Source: Mobula birostris (lineage: Eukaryota). From it: 64,000 nt of DNA. Position 1 is the first letter of the stretch; every line of letters starts with the position of its first letter. The translations under genes were made by a program, and so were the position numbers. The stretch lies in assembly GCF_030028105.1 (NCBI RefSeq), contig NC_092377.1, forward strand, positions 4,779,079-4,843,078, given 5' to 3'. A model generated the notes under the pieces. That model ran no database searches. It was not told where the DNA came from and worked only from the letters and a program-made list of their open reading frames with translations. Positions 52,401 through 63,300 of this stretch are shown piece after piece.

Positions 52401-55400
52401 TACACCACACGCTGTCGGAGCAGTGCTGCCAGGATAATCAAGGGCACGACCCACCCAGCCAGCACACCTTTCATCCCTCTTCCCTTCGGGAGAAGGCTCA
52501 GGAGACTGCTGAACGGATCCTGATCCGGATCTGGGCCATATCCTCCAAATATCCGGACCTGCCTGTTGGTTTTTTTGCACTACCTTACTTCCCATTTTCT
52601 ATTTTCTATTTATGATTTATAATTTAAATTTTAATATTTACTATCGATTTGTAATCCAGGGAGCGGGAAGCGCAGAATCAAATCTCGCTATGATGATTGT
52701 ACATTCTAGTATCAATTGTTTGGCGACAATAAGGTATTAAAGTATATTCCATAAAATTGTCAGATGTGTTCATGAAAACTAAATTATTTCATATCTTTAA
52801 GACATTTAGAAATAAGCACATCATAGCTTAAAGAAATTAATTTACAAACTTGTTGTCCTGGCCCATACATGCTCATTATCTCCAGTACTAGAAATCAGTT
52901 CACATTGTGTAAACTGAACTTACTAATGACAATGAGCCGGGTTCCATTTCCACTGCTGTCTCCCCACACTCTGCAGTAATAGTCGGCAGAGTCATTGACC
53001 TTGACCTTTGTGACGATGAGGATGAAACTGCTACTGGAGGAGTTCCTGGAGGGCTGGAACCTCTCAGTGAAACCTGGTCTCCTTCGTACGCTCCCTCCTG
53101 CCTCGTGTGTTAAGACCCACTCCATGTCCTGCCCGGGTAGCCTCCGATACCAGTGGACATCAGTGTTTCCCACTGCGGCGTTCTTCATGGTGCACCATAA
53201 CCGTGCCGATTGCCCCTCGGTGATGCTCTCCTGGCTTGGGGACTGGATAGGGACTGGAGGATTGGCAACTTTAAAGGGAAAATATCAATTACCTTAAAAA
53301 TGTTTCTGCGTAACTACATCTAAGAGAGTAAACAGATTGAAATACTAAATATGTAGAATTGTTTTAGCTGCACTGTATGATGCAAATGGAAGATTTTGCT
53401 TATAGTTATTTATTGTACTGCACAGAAATAGCTCTTGTTGTATTTAAAAGCATTAAAGTTAGACCATAAGCCATAGGAGCAGAATTAAGACATTTGGCCC
53501 ATCAAGTCTGCTCTGCCATTCAATCATGGCTGATTCTTTTCTCCCCTCCTCAGCCCCAATCCCTCACCTTCTCCCCATAGCCTTTGATGCCATATCCAAT
53601 CAGGAAACTATTAAGCTCTGCGTTAAATACACCTAACGACCTGGCCTCCACAGCTGCCTGTGGTAACAAATTCCACAAATTCACCACCCTCTGGCAAAAG
53701 AAATTCTCTGCATCTCTGTTTTAAATGGAAGCCCTTTTATCCTGAGGCTGTGCCCTCTTGTCTTAGACTCTCCCACAATGGGAAACATACTTTCCACATC
53801 TACTCTGTCTAGGCCTTTCAACATCTGGAAGTTTTCAATGAGAAATTCCAGCGAACACAGTCCCAGAGCTATCAAACATTTCTCGTATGATAACAGTTTC
53901 ATTCCTGAAACCATCCTTGTGAACCTCCCCTGAACTCTCTTCAATGCCAGCACATTGTTTCTTCAATGAGGAACCCAAAACTGTTCAAGGTGCGGCCTCA
54001 CCAATACCTTATAAAGCCTCAGCATCACATCCCTGCACTTGTATTCTAGACCTCTTGAAATGAATGCTAACATTGTATTTGCCTTCCTCACCACCAGCTC
54101 AGCCTGCAAGTTAACCTTTAGGGTTTTCTGCACAAGGACTCCCAAGTTCTTTAAAATCTCATATTTTTGGATTACTCTCCATTTAGAAAATAGTCTGCAT
54201 GCTTATTTCTACCATACCTGCATAACCATGCATTTTCCAACATTGTATTTCATTTGCCACTTTCGTGCCCATTGTCCTAATCTGTCTAAGTCCTTCTGCA
54301 TCCTACCTGTTTCCTCAACACTACCTGGCCCTCCACCAATCTTTGCATCATCTGCAAACTTCAATAGATTTAAAAAGTACATTTCATGTCAGAAAAATGT
54401 ATACAATATGCATCTTGAAATTATTTTTCTTCACAGACATCCACAAAAACAGATGGGTGCCCCAAAAAATGAATGACAGTTAAATGTTAGAACCCCAAAG
54501 CCCCCCTGCTCCCGTCTCTGATGCATAAGCAGCAGCAAAGCAACGTCACCCCTTTCCCCCACTAGCAAAAATGCATCTGCATCCTCCACCGAGCACTCAA
54601 GTGTGCACAGCAGAGCATCAAGAAAGACACAGACTTGCAGTACCCCAAAGACTACTCGTTCACCCAGTAATTCGACATACCACAGGCTCTCTCTCTCTCT
54701 CCTTAGTAAGGAAAAAGTGGTGTCCCCGCTTTACAGTGAGAGGGGAGATAACAAAACAACTCACTGATTTATGGTGTTAGAAATCTGTTTCATTGCTTTT
54801 TCCAAGCTCTCTGCCGAAGAACTTGGGGCTCTGGGCACACAGCCAGCAGCCAGCTTGCTGCTTTCGATCTTCCGTGTACGCCCATGACACATCAGGCGGC
54901 GGCGCCCACTTCGATTCCACATGCTTCCTGAGCTACGAAAATCCGGCACCCTGAAAGTGCGCTAGTCTTCCAGGCCACATCATTGGCAACAAAACCACCT
55001 ATTCTCTCATCTAAATCATTGACATACAGCATAAAAAGAAGCTGTCCCAACACCGACCCCTGCAGAACACAACTACTCACTGGTAGCCAACAATAAAATC
55101 TTAGTATACACAAGGGTTCTGAAAGAGGCAGCTGAATGGCATTATTAATGATCGTTCTAGAAACAGTAGATTCTGGAATGGTTCCTGAAGACTGGAAAAT
55201 GGAAGACTGTCACTCCACTGTTCAAGAAGGGAGAGAGGCCTGACAAATCTGTTGGAATCATTTGAAGAAAAATCAGTAGGATTGACAAAGGAGAATCAAT
55301 TTTGTTGTATAGATTGATTTTCAGAAGGTCTTTGACAAGGCGCCACACATAAGGCTGCTTAACAAGCTATGAGCCCATGGTATTATAGCAAAGATTCTAG

Positions 55401-58400
55401 CATGGATAGAGCAGTGACTGATTAGCAGGAGGCAAAGAGTGAGAATAAAGGGATCCTTTTCTGGTTGGCTGTCAGTGACCATTCGTGTCCACAGGTCAGT
55501 GTCAGGAAGGATTTTTCTTTACCTTACATGTTAATAATTTGGATGATGGAATTGAGGGCTTTGTTGCAACATTCACAGAAAAGACGAAAATACGAAGATA
55601 GGTGGAAGGGCAGGTAGTTCTAAGGAAGTATAGAGGTTACAGAAGGAGTTAGGCAGATTAGGAGAATGGGGAAAGAAATGACAAATTGAGTACAGTGTCA
55701 GGAGGAGTATGTTCATTCACTTTGGTAGAAGACCATAAGACAATAAGATATAGAAGCAGAAATATGTGATTCAGACAATGGATTCTGCTCCGACATTCCA
55801 TCATAGTGGCTCCCGGATCCCATTTACAGTTACCTTCTCGCCATATCCTTTGATGCCCTGACCGATCAGGAAACAATAAACTTCCGCTTTAAATATTCCC
55901 ACAGACCCGTTCCACTGCGGAGTATTCCACAGGTTCACCACTCAATGGTGAAAAAATTCCCTCCTCACCTCTGTTCTGAAAGGTCATCCCTCAGTCCTGA
56001 GGCTTTAGAGGAGAAACTCTGGATAACCCCACCATAGGAAACATCCTCTCCACATCCACATTATCTAGTCCTTTCAACATTTAGTAGGTTTCATTGAGAA
56101 CCCCACGTATTCTTCTGAATTCCAGTGAGTACAGGCCTAAAGCTGCCAAGTGCTCCTCATATGTTAACCCCCCCCCCCCCCCCCATTGCCAGAATCATAC
56201 TTTAGAACCTTCTCTGGACTCTCTCCAATGACAACACATACTTTCAGGGGCCCAAAACTGTTGACAATACTCCAAGTGCACGCTGCCTAGTGTCTTATAA
56301 AAGCTCAGCATTATCTCCTTGCCTTTATATTCTATTCCCCTTGAAATAAATGCTAACATTATATTTGCCTTCTTTACCACAAACTCACCTTCCGGGAGTC
56401 TTGCACAAGAATTCTTAAGTCCCATTTGACCTCTGATGAATGTTCTCTTCATTTAGATAGTAGTCTGCACTATTGTTCCTTTTACCAAAATGCACTATCA
56501 TACATTTCCCAACACTATATTTCGTCCTCCACTTTTTTGCCCATTCTTCCGAACTGTCCAGGTCTCTTGCTGCAATCGCATTGCTTCCTCAGCACTACCT
56601 ACCCCTCCACCTATCTTTGAATCATTTGCAAACTTTGCCACAAAGCCATCAGTTTCATTTTCCAAATCATTGACAAACAATGTGAGAAATTGCAGTCCCA
56701 ATACTAACCCCTGAGAAACGCCACTAGACGCAGGCAGCCAACTAGAAAAGGCCCCCTTTATTCCCACTCACTGCTTCCTGCCTGTCAGCCAATCCTCTAT
56801 CCATGACAGTACCTTTCCTGTAACATCATAGGATTTTATTTTGTTAAGCAGCCTCATGTGTGGCAGCTTGTTAAATGCCTTCTCAACGTCCAAGTAAATG
56901 ATATCCACTGCCTCTCCTTTGTCCACTCTGCTTTTTACTTCCTTGAAGAACTTTAACAAACTTGTCAGGCAAGATTTCCTTTCACAGTTTACCACCCTAC
57001 CATCCAGCTCATTAATGTATATGACAAACAAATGGTTCAGTACAGACTAGATGGGCTGAAGGGACTACTGTACTTTACTGTGACTCGATGACTCTGATAA
57101 TGTTCCTTCTGACATTAATTGTATTCTCTTACTTACTTTGAATTTAATGGCCAGTCTATTTCTTTTACACACATCATTTTATCCTCTTCTCCCGTCCACT
57201 TGTTCTGACTGTTTTTCCGGTTGGTAACATCATCCAGTTCTGATAACTCACACCCACAGGGCGAGCTCTTAGTAAATTGGTTTATTATTGTCACACGTAC
57301 TGAGGTATAGAGTAAAACCTGTTCATCCACAAAATGATTTGCCAAGATTTTCTATATTATTCCAGACTACTTGTCCTTTCCCACTTTTCCATTTCCCAAC
57401 TGTTACCAGTTTACACTCCAGGGAAAACCATCCGACTCTCTGTTCTACTGGGGACATTACAGAACCCCCTGTGTCTGACAGTCATCGTGTGAAGGTTGAA
57501 TACTGAGATGCTGTTATTGTCAGTGTGAACTGATGTTGACTTACCAGTTACATTGAGCTGTGTTCCTCCTCCGTAGATGTAACTCCACACCCTGCAGTTG
57601 TACACTGCAGTGTCACTAATAGATGAGTGGCTGATGGTCAGAATGTAACTGTTACTCACGACATTCCTGTAAGACTGAAAACGGTCAGAGATATACCCAG
57701 ACCTGCTCACAGAGTCATTCACAAAGTGACTCAACGCCCACTCGATCTTGTTCCCAGGCCGCTGGTGGTACCAGTGGACATCGGTGACATTCACACTGGC
57801 ATTATACAAGGCACAGTGGAGCTGGACAGTTACACCCTCCGGCACCTTGCTGATTGGTGGATCCTGCACAAGAATGGGATCATCCGCGGGATCTGTGTGT
57901 TGGATATGTAGACATTAATGTATATTTATGGAGCTCAATACAAGGCAGTATGTTTCCCCAGCATTTAACAATTTCTAATATTTAAATAAATGTTAGTTCC
58001 AAGTTCTTTACTGAAGTCAGTGATATCCAGCTGGTTCTGATGGTTTGGTAGCACCACAGTCATGGGGTCTGTTATAGTTTGGAGAGAGTTCTGAAGAACG
58101 TTGCATCTGTTGATAATATTTCTCCCTTTATCCCTGACCGGTCCTACCTTCAGTTTAGCCATTCTCCTGTTCCGCAGGTATGTGTAGAATGTCTCGAGGG
58201 TTTCCTTTTTCCTAATCCCCAAGAATCCTTCCAGCTCTGTCAAGTCCCAAATGAAGGTCGTTTCTCGTGACATTATAACTCTCAAGCACCTATCTGATTT
58301 TTACTGCCTAAAATTTAAGTATAGTTTCTTCTTTCTTTTGACCAGATGTTCCTCTTGTCAACCATGGCTCCTTCACCCTCCCATCCTATCCCTGACTCAA

Positions 58401-59869
58401 TGGGACAAAGTTATCCAGAACCCCATGGAAGTGATCACAAACAACTTTCAGATTTCTCTTCAGTGCGTCGTAGAATTATCAATCAGTTTGAATGAGGAGG
58501 GAGAGTTAATATAAAAACAGAAGAAATAGGAGCAGGAGTCGGCCATCTGGCCCACCGAGCACGCTCATCCATTCAATAAGATCATGGCTGATATGGCCAT
58601 GGACTCATCTCCACCTATCTGCTATTTCCTCAGAACCCTTAATTCCCACTATGCAGAAATCTATCCAACCTTGTCTTAAATTGATGTGCTTCATCTGAAT
58701 CCATCACCAGCCCAGGCTTTTAGTCAGGCACCTTTGTACAGTGCTGAACTGTAATGATAGTAATAACTTATTCATTGAGCATTCTTCATACAGACAGTGT
58801 AGTTCAAAGCACTTTAAAAAGAGTGAAAGGGCAAACATGAAAATAAAATGAAAAAATAAAAATTAAAGACAACAAGATGCACGTAGCCCGGAGAACGTCG
58901 CCGTGGTTCTCCAACACCATCTTGCCTCCAAGACCAAGTTGATGCAGTCTTTCATTGACTCCACAATGGTGATTATTCTGTTGTGGATTTGTTGAGTATG
59001 CCCGCAAGAAAATAAATCGCAGGGTTGAATATGGTGATAGATATGAACTTTGATAATGAATTTCCTTTTAACTTTGAAAAGATGTTGATTGCTTAATAAA
59101 CAGCTTTTTAAGCCCACGTTTAATAATATTAACTGTTTTGCATCCCTTCAAGGTTAAGGTCTTGAATTCCACAGTTTAGGAGTTCTTTGGAGAGATGGTT
59201 CAGACTTAAGAGACCCTGATCTATGACTCTGAACACTGAACAGTTTCTCCTTTTCTCTCCTGTGATAACACACTCCACATTGAAATTTATTTTCAAATAT
59301 CCAACTGGACACACAGAGCAGACGGTCAGTCACCATGTTGCTGCTCCCTGCCCATGAGTTAGGGGCCACAGTGCTCTGGATCGTGTCCCAGTGATGGGGC
59401 TTCAGTATTACACTGTGTGTTCTTCAGTACAATGTGCCCAGCCACGGGACGTGAGTGGTGGGGAATAACTCCCAATGCAGGAACACACTACTGAATAAAT
59501 AGAACTTGTACTCACTGGTTACGATGAGCTGGGTGCCGTTCCCATGGATGGCTCCCCACACTCTGCAGTAATAGACGGCAGAATCACTGTGCACCACGTC
59601 TGTGACTGTCAGGGTGAAGCTGCTGTTGGATGTGTCTCTGTAGGACCGGAACCTCTCAGTCAAATGGTATTCCTTCTCTAGGCTGCCTCTTGCCCTAAGT
59701 GTAGAAACCAACTCCATGGTCGTCATGTTCTGCCCAGGTAGTTTCTGATACCAGTGGAGGTCGGTGTCTTCTAGTCTGATATTGCTAATGGTACAGCAAA
59801 ACCATGCTGTGTGACCCTCAGTGACATGCTGTATGCTTGGGGACTGGATGAGGACAGGTTTGTCTGCAC
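21364..59869 (-). CDS. Multi-exon gene (5'-partial): V1-V2-V3-(stalk)-TM-cytoplasmic tail; germline VJ-type IgSF inhibitory receptor, NCR3/NITR-like
   Basis: Nine exons read by hand with GT-AG sites and matching phases (1-1,1-1,1-1,1-1,1-1,1-2,2-1,1-0,0-stop) give one open frame: three V domains, a hydrophobic TM, and a tail with ITSM/ITIM-like motifs. Linkage into one transcript is inferred; there is no RNA evidence. Confidence 0.8.
23590..25020 (+). mobile_element. Rex1/Babar-type LINE, RT and 3' end, degenerate
   Basis: [20 protein letters not shown]...LDPHQFAY...RSTEDTIS...[21 protein letters not shown]; downstream [19 protein letters not shown]; internal ~70-bp tandem duplication at ~24230-24360. 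Confidence 0.85.
26090..26881. mobile_element. Probable LTR-derived segment
   Basis: Non-coding, with (GA)n tracts and an LTR-like 3' end (...taataaa-like AT tract, cagactccaggtgtgtt...taaca). The 5' boundary is unclear. Confidence 0.35.
28860..32520 (+). mobile_element. Long degenerate CR1 LINE (ORF1, partial ORF2, 3' end)
   Basis: ORF1 esterase motifs at ~29330-29660; ORF2 30847-31407 ([13 protein letters not shown]...[14 protein letters not shown]); C-terminus 32054-32254; many stops and deletions. Confidence 0.85.
34390..34433 (-). CDS. Exon: cytoplasmic 2 ([15 protein letters not shown])
   Basis: Acceptor caaattctcattttatttcag|CT, donor GCG|gtaagt; 44 nt, phase 1-0, which exactly bridges cytoplasmic exon 1 and the terminal exon. 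Confidence 0.75.
35880..37846. mobile_element. Penelope-like element with inverted duplication (arms ~35920-36758 minus and ~36968-37845 plus)
   Basis: GIY-YIG ORFs 36271-36597(-) and 37206-37490(+) are near-identical ([29 protein letters not shown]). Possible TSD AAATAAATAA at 35870 and 37847. Confidence 0.88.
38464..38507 (-). CDS. Exon: cytoplasmic 1 with ITSM-type motif TVYATV
   Basis: Acceptor cattatcttcttcactgtttacccag|G, donor ACAG|gtaaaa; 44 nt. Only the phase-2 frame is open ([14 protein letters not shown]), matching the TM exon's phase-2 end. Confidence 0.8.
39895..40165 (+). mobile_element. V-SINE (HE1-like) copy
   Basis: tRNA-like head gtagtgagcacaacgctttacagtacc, V-core ...tttcctctgggtgctccagtttcctcc.acagtccaaagacg..., CR1-like tail. 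Further copies at ~42650-42830, ~43130-43410, ~51770-51990(-) and ~25290-25490(-). Confidence 0.7.
40650..42072 (-). mobile_element. 5'-truncated CR1 LINE (RT and 3' end)
   Basis: ORFs 41741-42079 ([14 protein letters not shown]...[11 protein letters not shown]), 41429-41710 ([12 protein letters not shown]...FADDTK) and 40714-41025. Confidence 0.9.
42917..43004. repeat. Short imperfect tandem repeat (three copies of TACAGAGAARCCATTAC-containing unit)
   Basis: tacagagaaaccattac / tacagagaagccattac / tacagagaaaccattac, spaced ~32-38 nt apart. Confidence 0.7.
44883..45027 (-). CDS. Exon: transmembrane segment and juxtamembrane tail
   Basis: Acceptor ctgtcctatttttcag|AA, donor GAAGG|gtaagt; 145 nt, phase 1-2. 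[48 protein letters not shown]: ~26 uncharged hydrophobic residues then a basic stop-transfer KK. Confidence 0.9.
45290..45710 (-). mobile_element. L2-type LINE 3' fragment
   Basis: Recognisable L2 3' sequence (agaactttaaaatcatttct...acaggaagccaatg...; ttccacagttt...gtttttaaaagtg) just upstream of the TM exon. Confidence 0.55.
45844..45870 (-). CDS. Candidate stalk micro-exon B (M-LEATREFI)
   Basis: Acceptor ttttttttacccactctgtactggtcag|TG and donor ATTG|gtgagg; 27 nt, phase 1-1, open, between V3 and TM. Confidence 0.45.
46280..47420 (-). mobile_element. CR1 LINE RT and 3' fragment
   Basis: [16 protein letters not shown]...[12 protein letters not shown]...VVKKANA; ends in the taagaccataaga tail. 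Confidence 0.8.
48165..48206 (-). CDS. Candidate stalk micro-exon A ([14 protein letters not shown])
   Basis: Strong acceptor ttttcccctccccatcag|TG and donor TACA|gtgagt; 42 nt, frame-preserving, open in phase 1, between V3 and TM. Confidence 0.5.
49452..49478. repeat. (AC)13 microsatellite
   Basis: Direct reading of the sequence. Confidence 0.95.
50062..51315. mobile_element. Solo LTR or non-autonomous LTR element, 1254 bp
   Basis: TGTCA...TGACA termini, perfect 5-bp TSD GGAGG (50057-50061 and 51316-51320), internal degenerate tandem repeats (ccaagctccaagaac...), no coding domain. Confidence 0.8.
52240..52745 (+). mobile_element. Rex1/L2-type LINE 3' end
   Basis: aatttttatagatgcactgtagaaagcattct...tggtatggaag...HPANTPFIPLPSG-like C-terminus, ending in an AATAAA-like tail 180 nt from the V3 donor. 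Confidence 0.7.
52924..53268 (-). CDS. Exon: Ig V-set domain 3 (VJ-type)
   Basis: Acceptor attttccctttaaag|TT, donor ATTA|gtaagt; 345 nt, phase 1-1. [11 protein letters not shown]...LWCTM...[10 protein letters not shown]...ERF...[34 protein letters not shown]. Confidence 0.93.
53460..57000. mobile_element. Cluster of nested CR1 RT/3' fragments in both orientations
   Basis: ORFs 53681-53953(-), 53963-54145(-), 56498-56767(-) and 56768-57031(-), plus a plus-strand fragment at ~55060-55740. An unrelated repeat at ~54360-54960 resembles 3490-3810. Confidence 0.75.
57545..57892 (-). CDS. Exon: Ig V-set domain 2 (VJ-type)
   Basis: Acceptor catatccaacacacag|AT, donor ACTG|gtaagt; 348 nt, phase 1-1. 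[12 protein letters not shown]...LHCAL...VHWYHQRPG...DRF...[34 protein letters not shown]. Confidence 0.92.
59516..59869 (-). CDS. Exon: Ig V-set domain 1 (VJ-type)
   Basis: Acceptor ctcccttacag|GT, donor ACCA|gtgagt; 354 nt, phase 1-1. [11 protein letters not shown]...FCCT...[10 protein letters not shown]...ERF...[34 protein letters not shown] has B-strand Cys, C-strand Trp, the D-x-A-x-Y-Y-C motif and a J-like GxGTxLxV. Confidence 0.93.
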
Positions 59870-60399
59870 CTGTAAGGGAGAATATCGTCACTTCAACCCC
59901 AGCTTGAAGCAGTCATCTTTTGTTACATGACCTCTTGTGAAAGTACAAACACTTTATTGCTTCTGATATTAATATTATGTTGCAGCTGTTCCCGAGTTTA
60001 CAGAGTTCAGGCGAGACCAATGATGGGTGATAAATATGTGCTTCAAATAATCACCACCTACTTTAAATTGAACGTGGAACAGTACAGAACTGGACAGGAC
60101 ATCTGGCCTTGATGTTATGCCAACCTTGATGCTCATTTATGTTAAATATCCTCCTCCTATGTATCATTCATATTCCTCCATTCCCTTTGTATTCACGTGT
60201 CCATCTAAAATCCTGTTAGAGTCAAACAAACTCCCTTCTCCACTACTACCCCAGTAACCTGTTCCAGGAAGATATAGTAGATTCTGGTTTATTGGGCTGT
60301 CGTTTAATCAGGGAGCCGTTTATTTGGGACATCTCTTAAATAACAAAAACTAATGGAGAAAATAGTCGTAATTCACTTTGTTTGTTTGGGACACTATGT

Positions 60400-63300
60400 C
60401 ACTAAGAGTCAGGTACAAGAGAGTACCCTGTGGCTGTACCCCTTGACAATAAGTACTCCTGTTTGAGTACTGTTGGGGGGGATAGCAAGCTGTTGGGTGG
60501 GGGGGGGCACAGAGTCCGGCCCTGTGGCTTAGAAGAGTAGGGAAAGGAAGAGGAAGGCAGCAGTGATAGGGGACTCTATAGTTAGGGAGTCAGACAGGAG
60601 ATTATGTGGATGCAGGAAAGAAACGCGGATGGTAGTTTGCATCCCAGGTGCCAGGGTCCGCGATGTTTCAGATCAAGTTCTCGGTATTCTCAAGAGGGAG
60701 GGTGAGCAGCCAGATGTCGTTGTCCATGTTGGGACCAATGATATGGGTAGGTAGAGTGAGGAGGTCCTGAAAGGGGAGTTTAGGGAGTTAGGAGCCAAGT
60801 TAAAGGACAGGACCTCCAGGATAGCAATCTCAGGATTGCTATCAGTGCCACGTGCAGGCGGGTTTAGAAATAGTAAGATAGTGCAGATCAACACATGGCT
60901 GAAGGCATGGTGCAGGAGGGAGGGCTTCAGATTTATAGATAATTGGGCAATTTTCCAGGGAAGGTGGGACCTGTTCCAGCGGGACAGTCTACATCTGAAC
61001 TGAAGGGGGAACAAATATTTTTGCAGGTAGGTTTGCTAGGGAGGCTTCCGTGGATTTAGACTAGATAGGAGAGGGGAGGGGAACCAAAGTGTAGGAACAG
61101 ATGCAGGGAAGAAGGACGAAAAAGAAAATAGTAAAATTGTTTGCACAGTTAGTGATAAACAGAGGTTAAGAGGTGGAAAATTTCTTAAATGCATTTATTT
61201 CAATGCTAGGAGCATTGTAAGAAAGGTGGATGAGCTTAAAGCATAGATTGACACCTGGAAGTATGATGTGGTAGCTATTAGTGAAACATGGTTGCAGGAG
61301 GGGTGTGATTGGCAACTAAATATTCCAGGATTTAATTGCATCAGGTGTGATAGAATTGGAGGGACAAGAGAGGGAGGGGCTGCATTGCTTGTCAGAGAAA
61401 ATATTACAGTGGTTCTCTGGCAGGATAGATTAGAGGGCTCATCTAGGGAAGCTATTTGGGTGGAATTGAGGATTGGGAAAGGTGCAGTAACACTTATAGG
61501 GGTGTATTATAGACCACCAAATGGGGAGCGGGAATTAGAGGAGCAAATTTGTAAGGAGATAACAGATATTAGTAGTAGGCACAAGGCTGTGATTGTGGGA
61601 GATTTTAATTTTCCACATATAGACTGGAAGGCCCATACTGTAAAAGGGCTGGATGGTTTGGAGATGGTCAAATCTGTGCAAGATAGTTTTTTGCTGCAAT
61701 ATACAGAGGTACCAACTAGAGAGGGGGCAGTGTTGGATCTCCTGTTAGAGAATGAGATAGGTCAGGTGATGGAGGTATGTGTTGTGGAGCACTTCGGGTC
61801 CAGTGATCACAGTGCCATTAGTTTCAATATAATTATGGAGAAGGATAGGACTGGACCCACGGTTGAGATTTTTGATTGGAGAAAGGCTAACTTTGAGGAG
61901 ATGTGAAAGGATTTAGAAGGAGTGGATTGGGACAGTTTATTTTATAGGAAGGATGGAGTAGAGAAACAGAGATCATTTAAAGGTGAAATTTTGAGAGTAC
62001 AGAATCTTTATGTTCCTGTTAGGTTGAAAGGTAAGGTTAAAAGTTTGAGTGAGCCATGGTTTTCAAGGGATATTGGAAACTTGGTTCGGAAAAAAAAGAG
62101 AGATCTACAATAAATATAGACAGCGTGGAGTAAATGAGGTGCTCGAGGAATATAAAGAATGTAAAAAGAATCTTAAGAAAGAAATTAGAAAAGCTAAAAG
62201 AAGATATGAGGTTGCTTTGGCAAGTAAAGTGAAAATAAATCCCAAGGGTTTCTACCGTTATAAAAATAGCAAAAGGATAGTGAGGGATAAAATTGGTCCC
62301 TTAGAGAATCAGAGTGGACGGCTATGTGTGGAGTCAAAAGAGATGGGGGAGATTCTTAACAATTTCTTTTCTTCGGTATTCATTAGGTCATAGTCATGGT
62401 CATAGTCATAGTCATACTTTATTGATCCTGGGGGAAACTGGTTTTCGTTACAGTTGCACCATAAAGAATTAAATAGTAATAAAACCATAAATAGTTAAAT
62501 AGTAATATGTAAATTATGCCAGGAAATAAATCCAGGATCAGCCTATTGGCTCAGGGTGTCTGACCCTCCAAGGGAGGAGAAGGATGTCTTCTAAGGAGAA
62601 GGATATTGAATTGTGTAAGATAAGGGAATCGGGTAGGGAAGTTATGGAAACTATGATGATTAAAGAAGCAGTATTACTGGAACTTTTAAGGAATATAAAA
62701 GTGGATAACATGAGGCTACTTAACAAGATAAGAGCCCATGGAATTACGGGAAAGTTACATATGTGGATAGAGCATTGGCTGATTGGTAGGAAACAGAGAG
62801 TGGGAATAAAGGGATCCTATTGGTTGGCTGCCGGTTACCGGTGGTGTTCCACGGGGGTCCGTGTTGGGGCCACTTCTTTTTACATTGTACATCAACAATT
62901 TGGATTATGGAATAGATGGCTTTGTGGGTAAGTTTGGTGATGATACGTAGATAGGTGGAGGGGCCGGTAGTGCTGAGGAAATGGAGAGTCTGCAGAGAGA
63001 CTTGGATAGATTGGAAGAATGGGCAGAGAAGTGGCAAATGAAGTACAATGTTGGAAAGTGTATGGTTATACACTTTGGCAGAAAAAAATAAAAGGGAAGA
63101 CTATTATTTAAATGGGGAAAGAACTCAAAGTTTGGAGATGCATCGGACTTGGGAGTCCTCGTACAGGATACCCTTAATGTTAACCTCCAGGTTGAGTCAC
63201 TAGTGAAGAAGGTGAATGCAATGTTGGCATTCATTTCTAGGGGAATAGAGTATAAGAGCAGGGATGTGATGTTGAGGCTCTATAAGGCGCTGGTGAGACC

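Noticed and set aside
59360-59595. CACAGTG/CACTGTG heptamers near and within V1 (about 59368, 59411 and 59585)
   Set aside because: No ACAAAAACC-like nonamer at 12- or 23-nt spacing; consistent with chance.
52895-59891. Rearranging TCR-gamma or Ig light-chain V-gene array
   Set aside because: Each V already contains its J-like G strand and a splice donor. No RSS or leaders lie between them, and no C1 exon was found before the TM exon.
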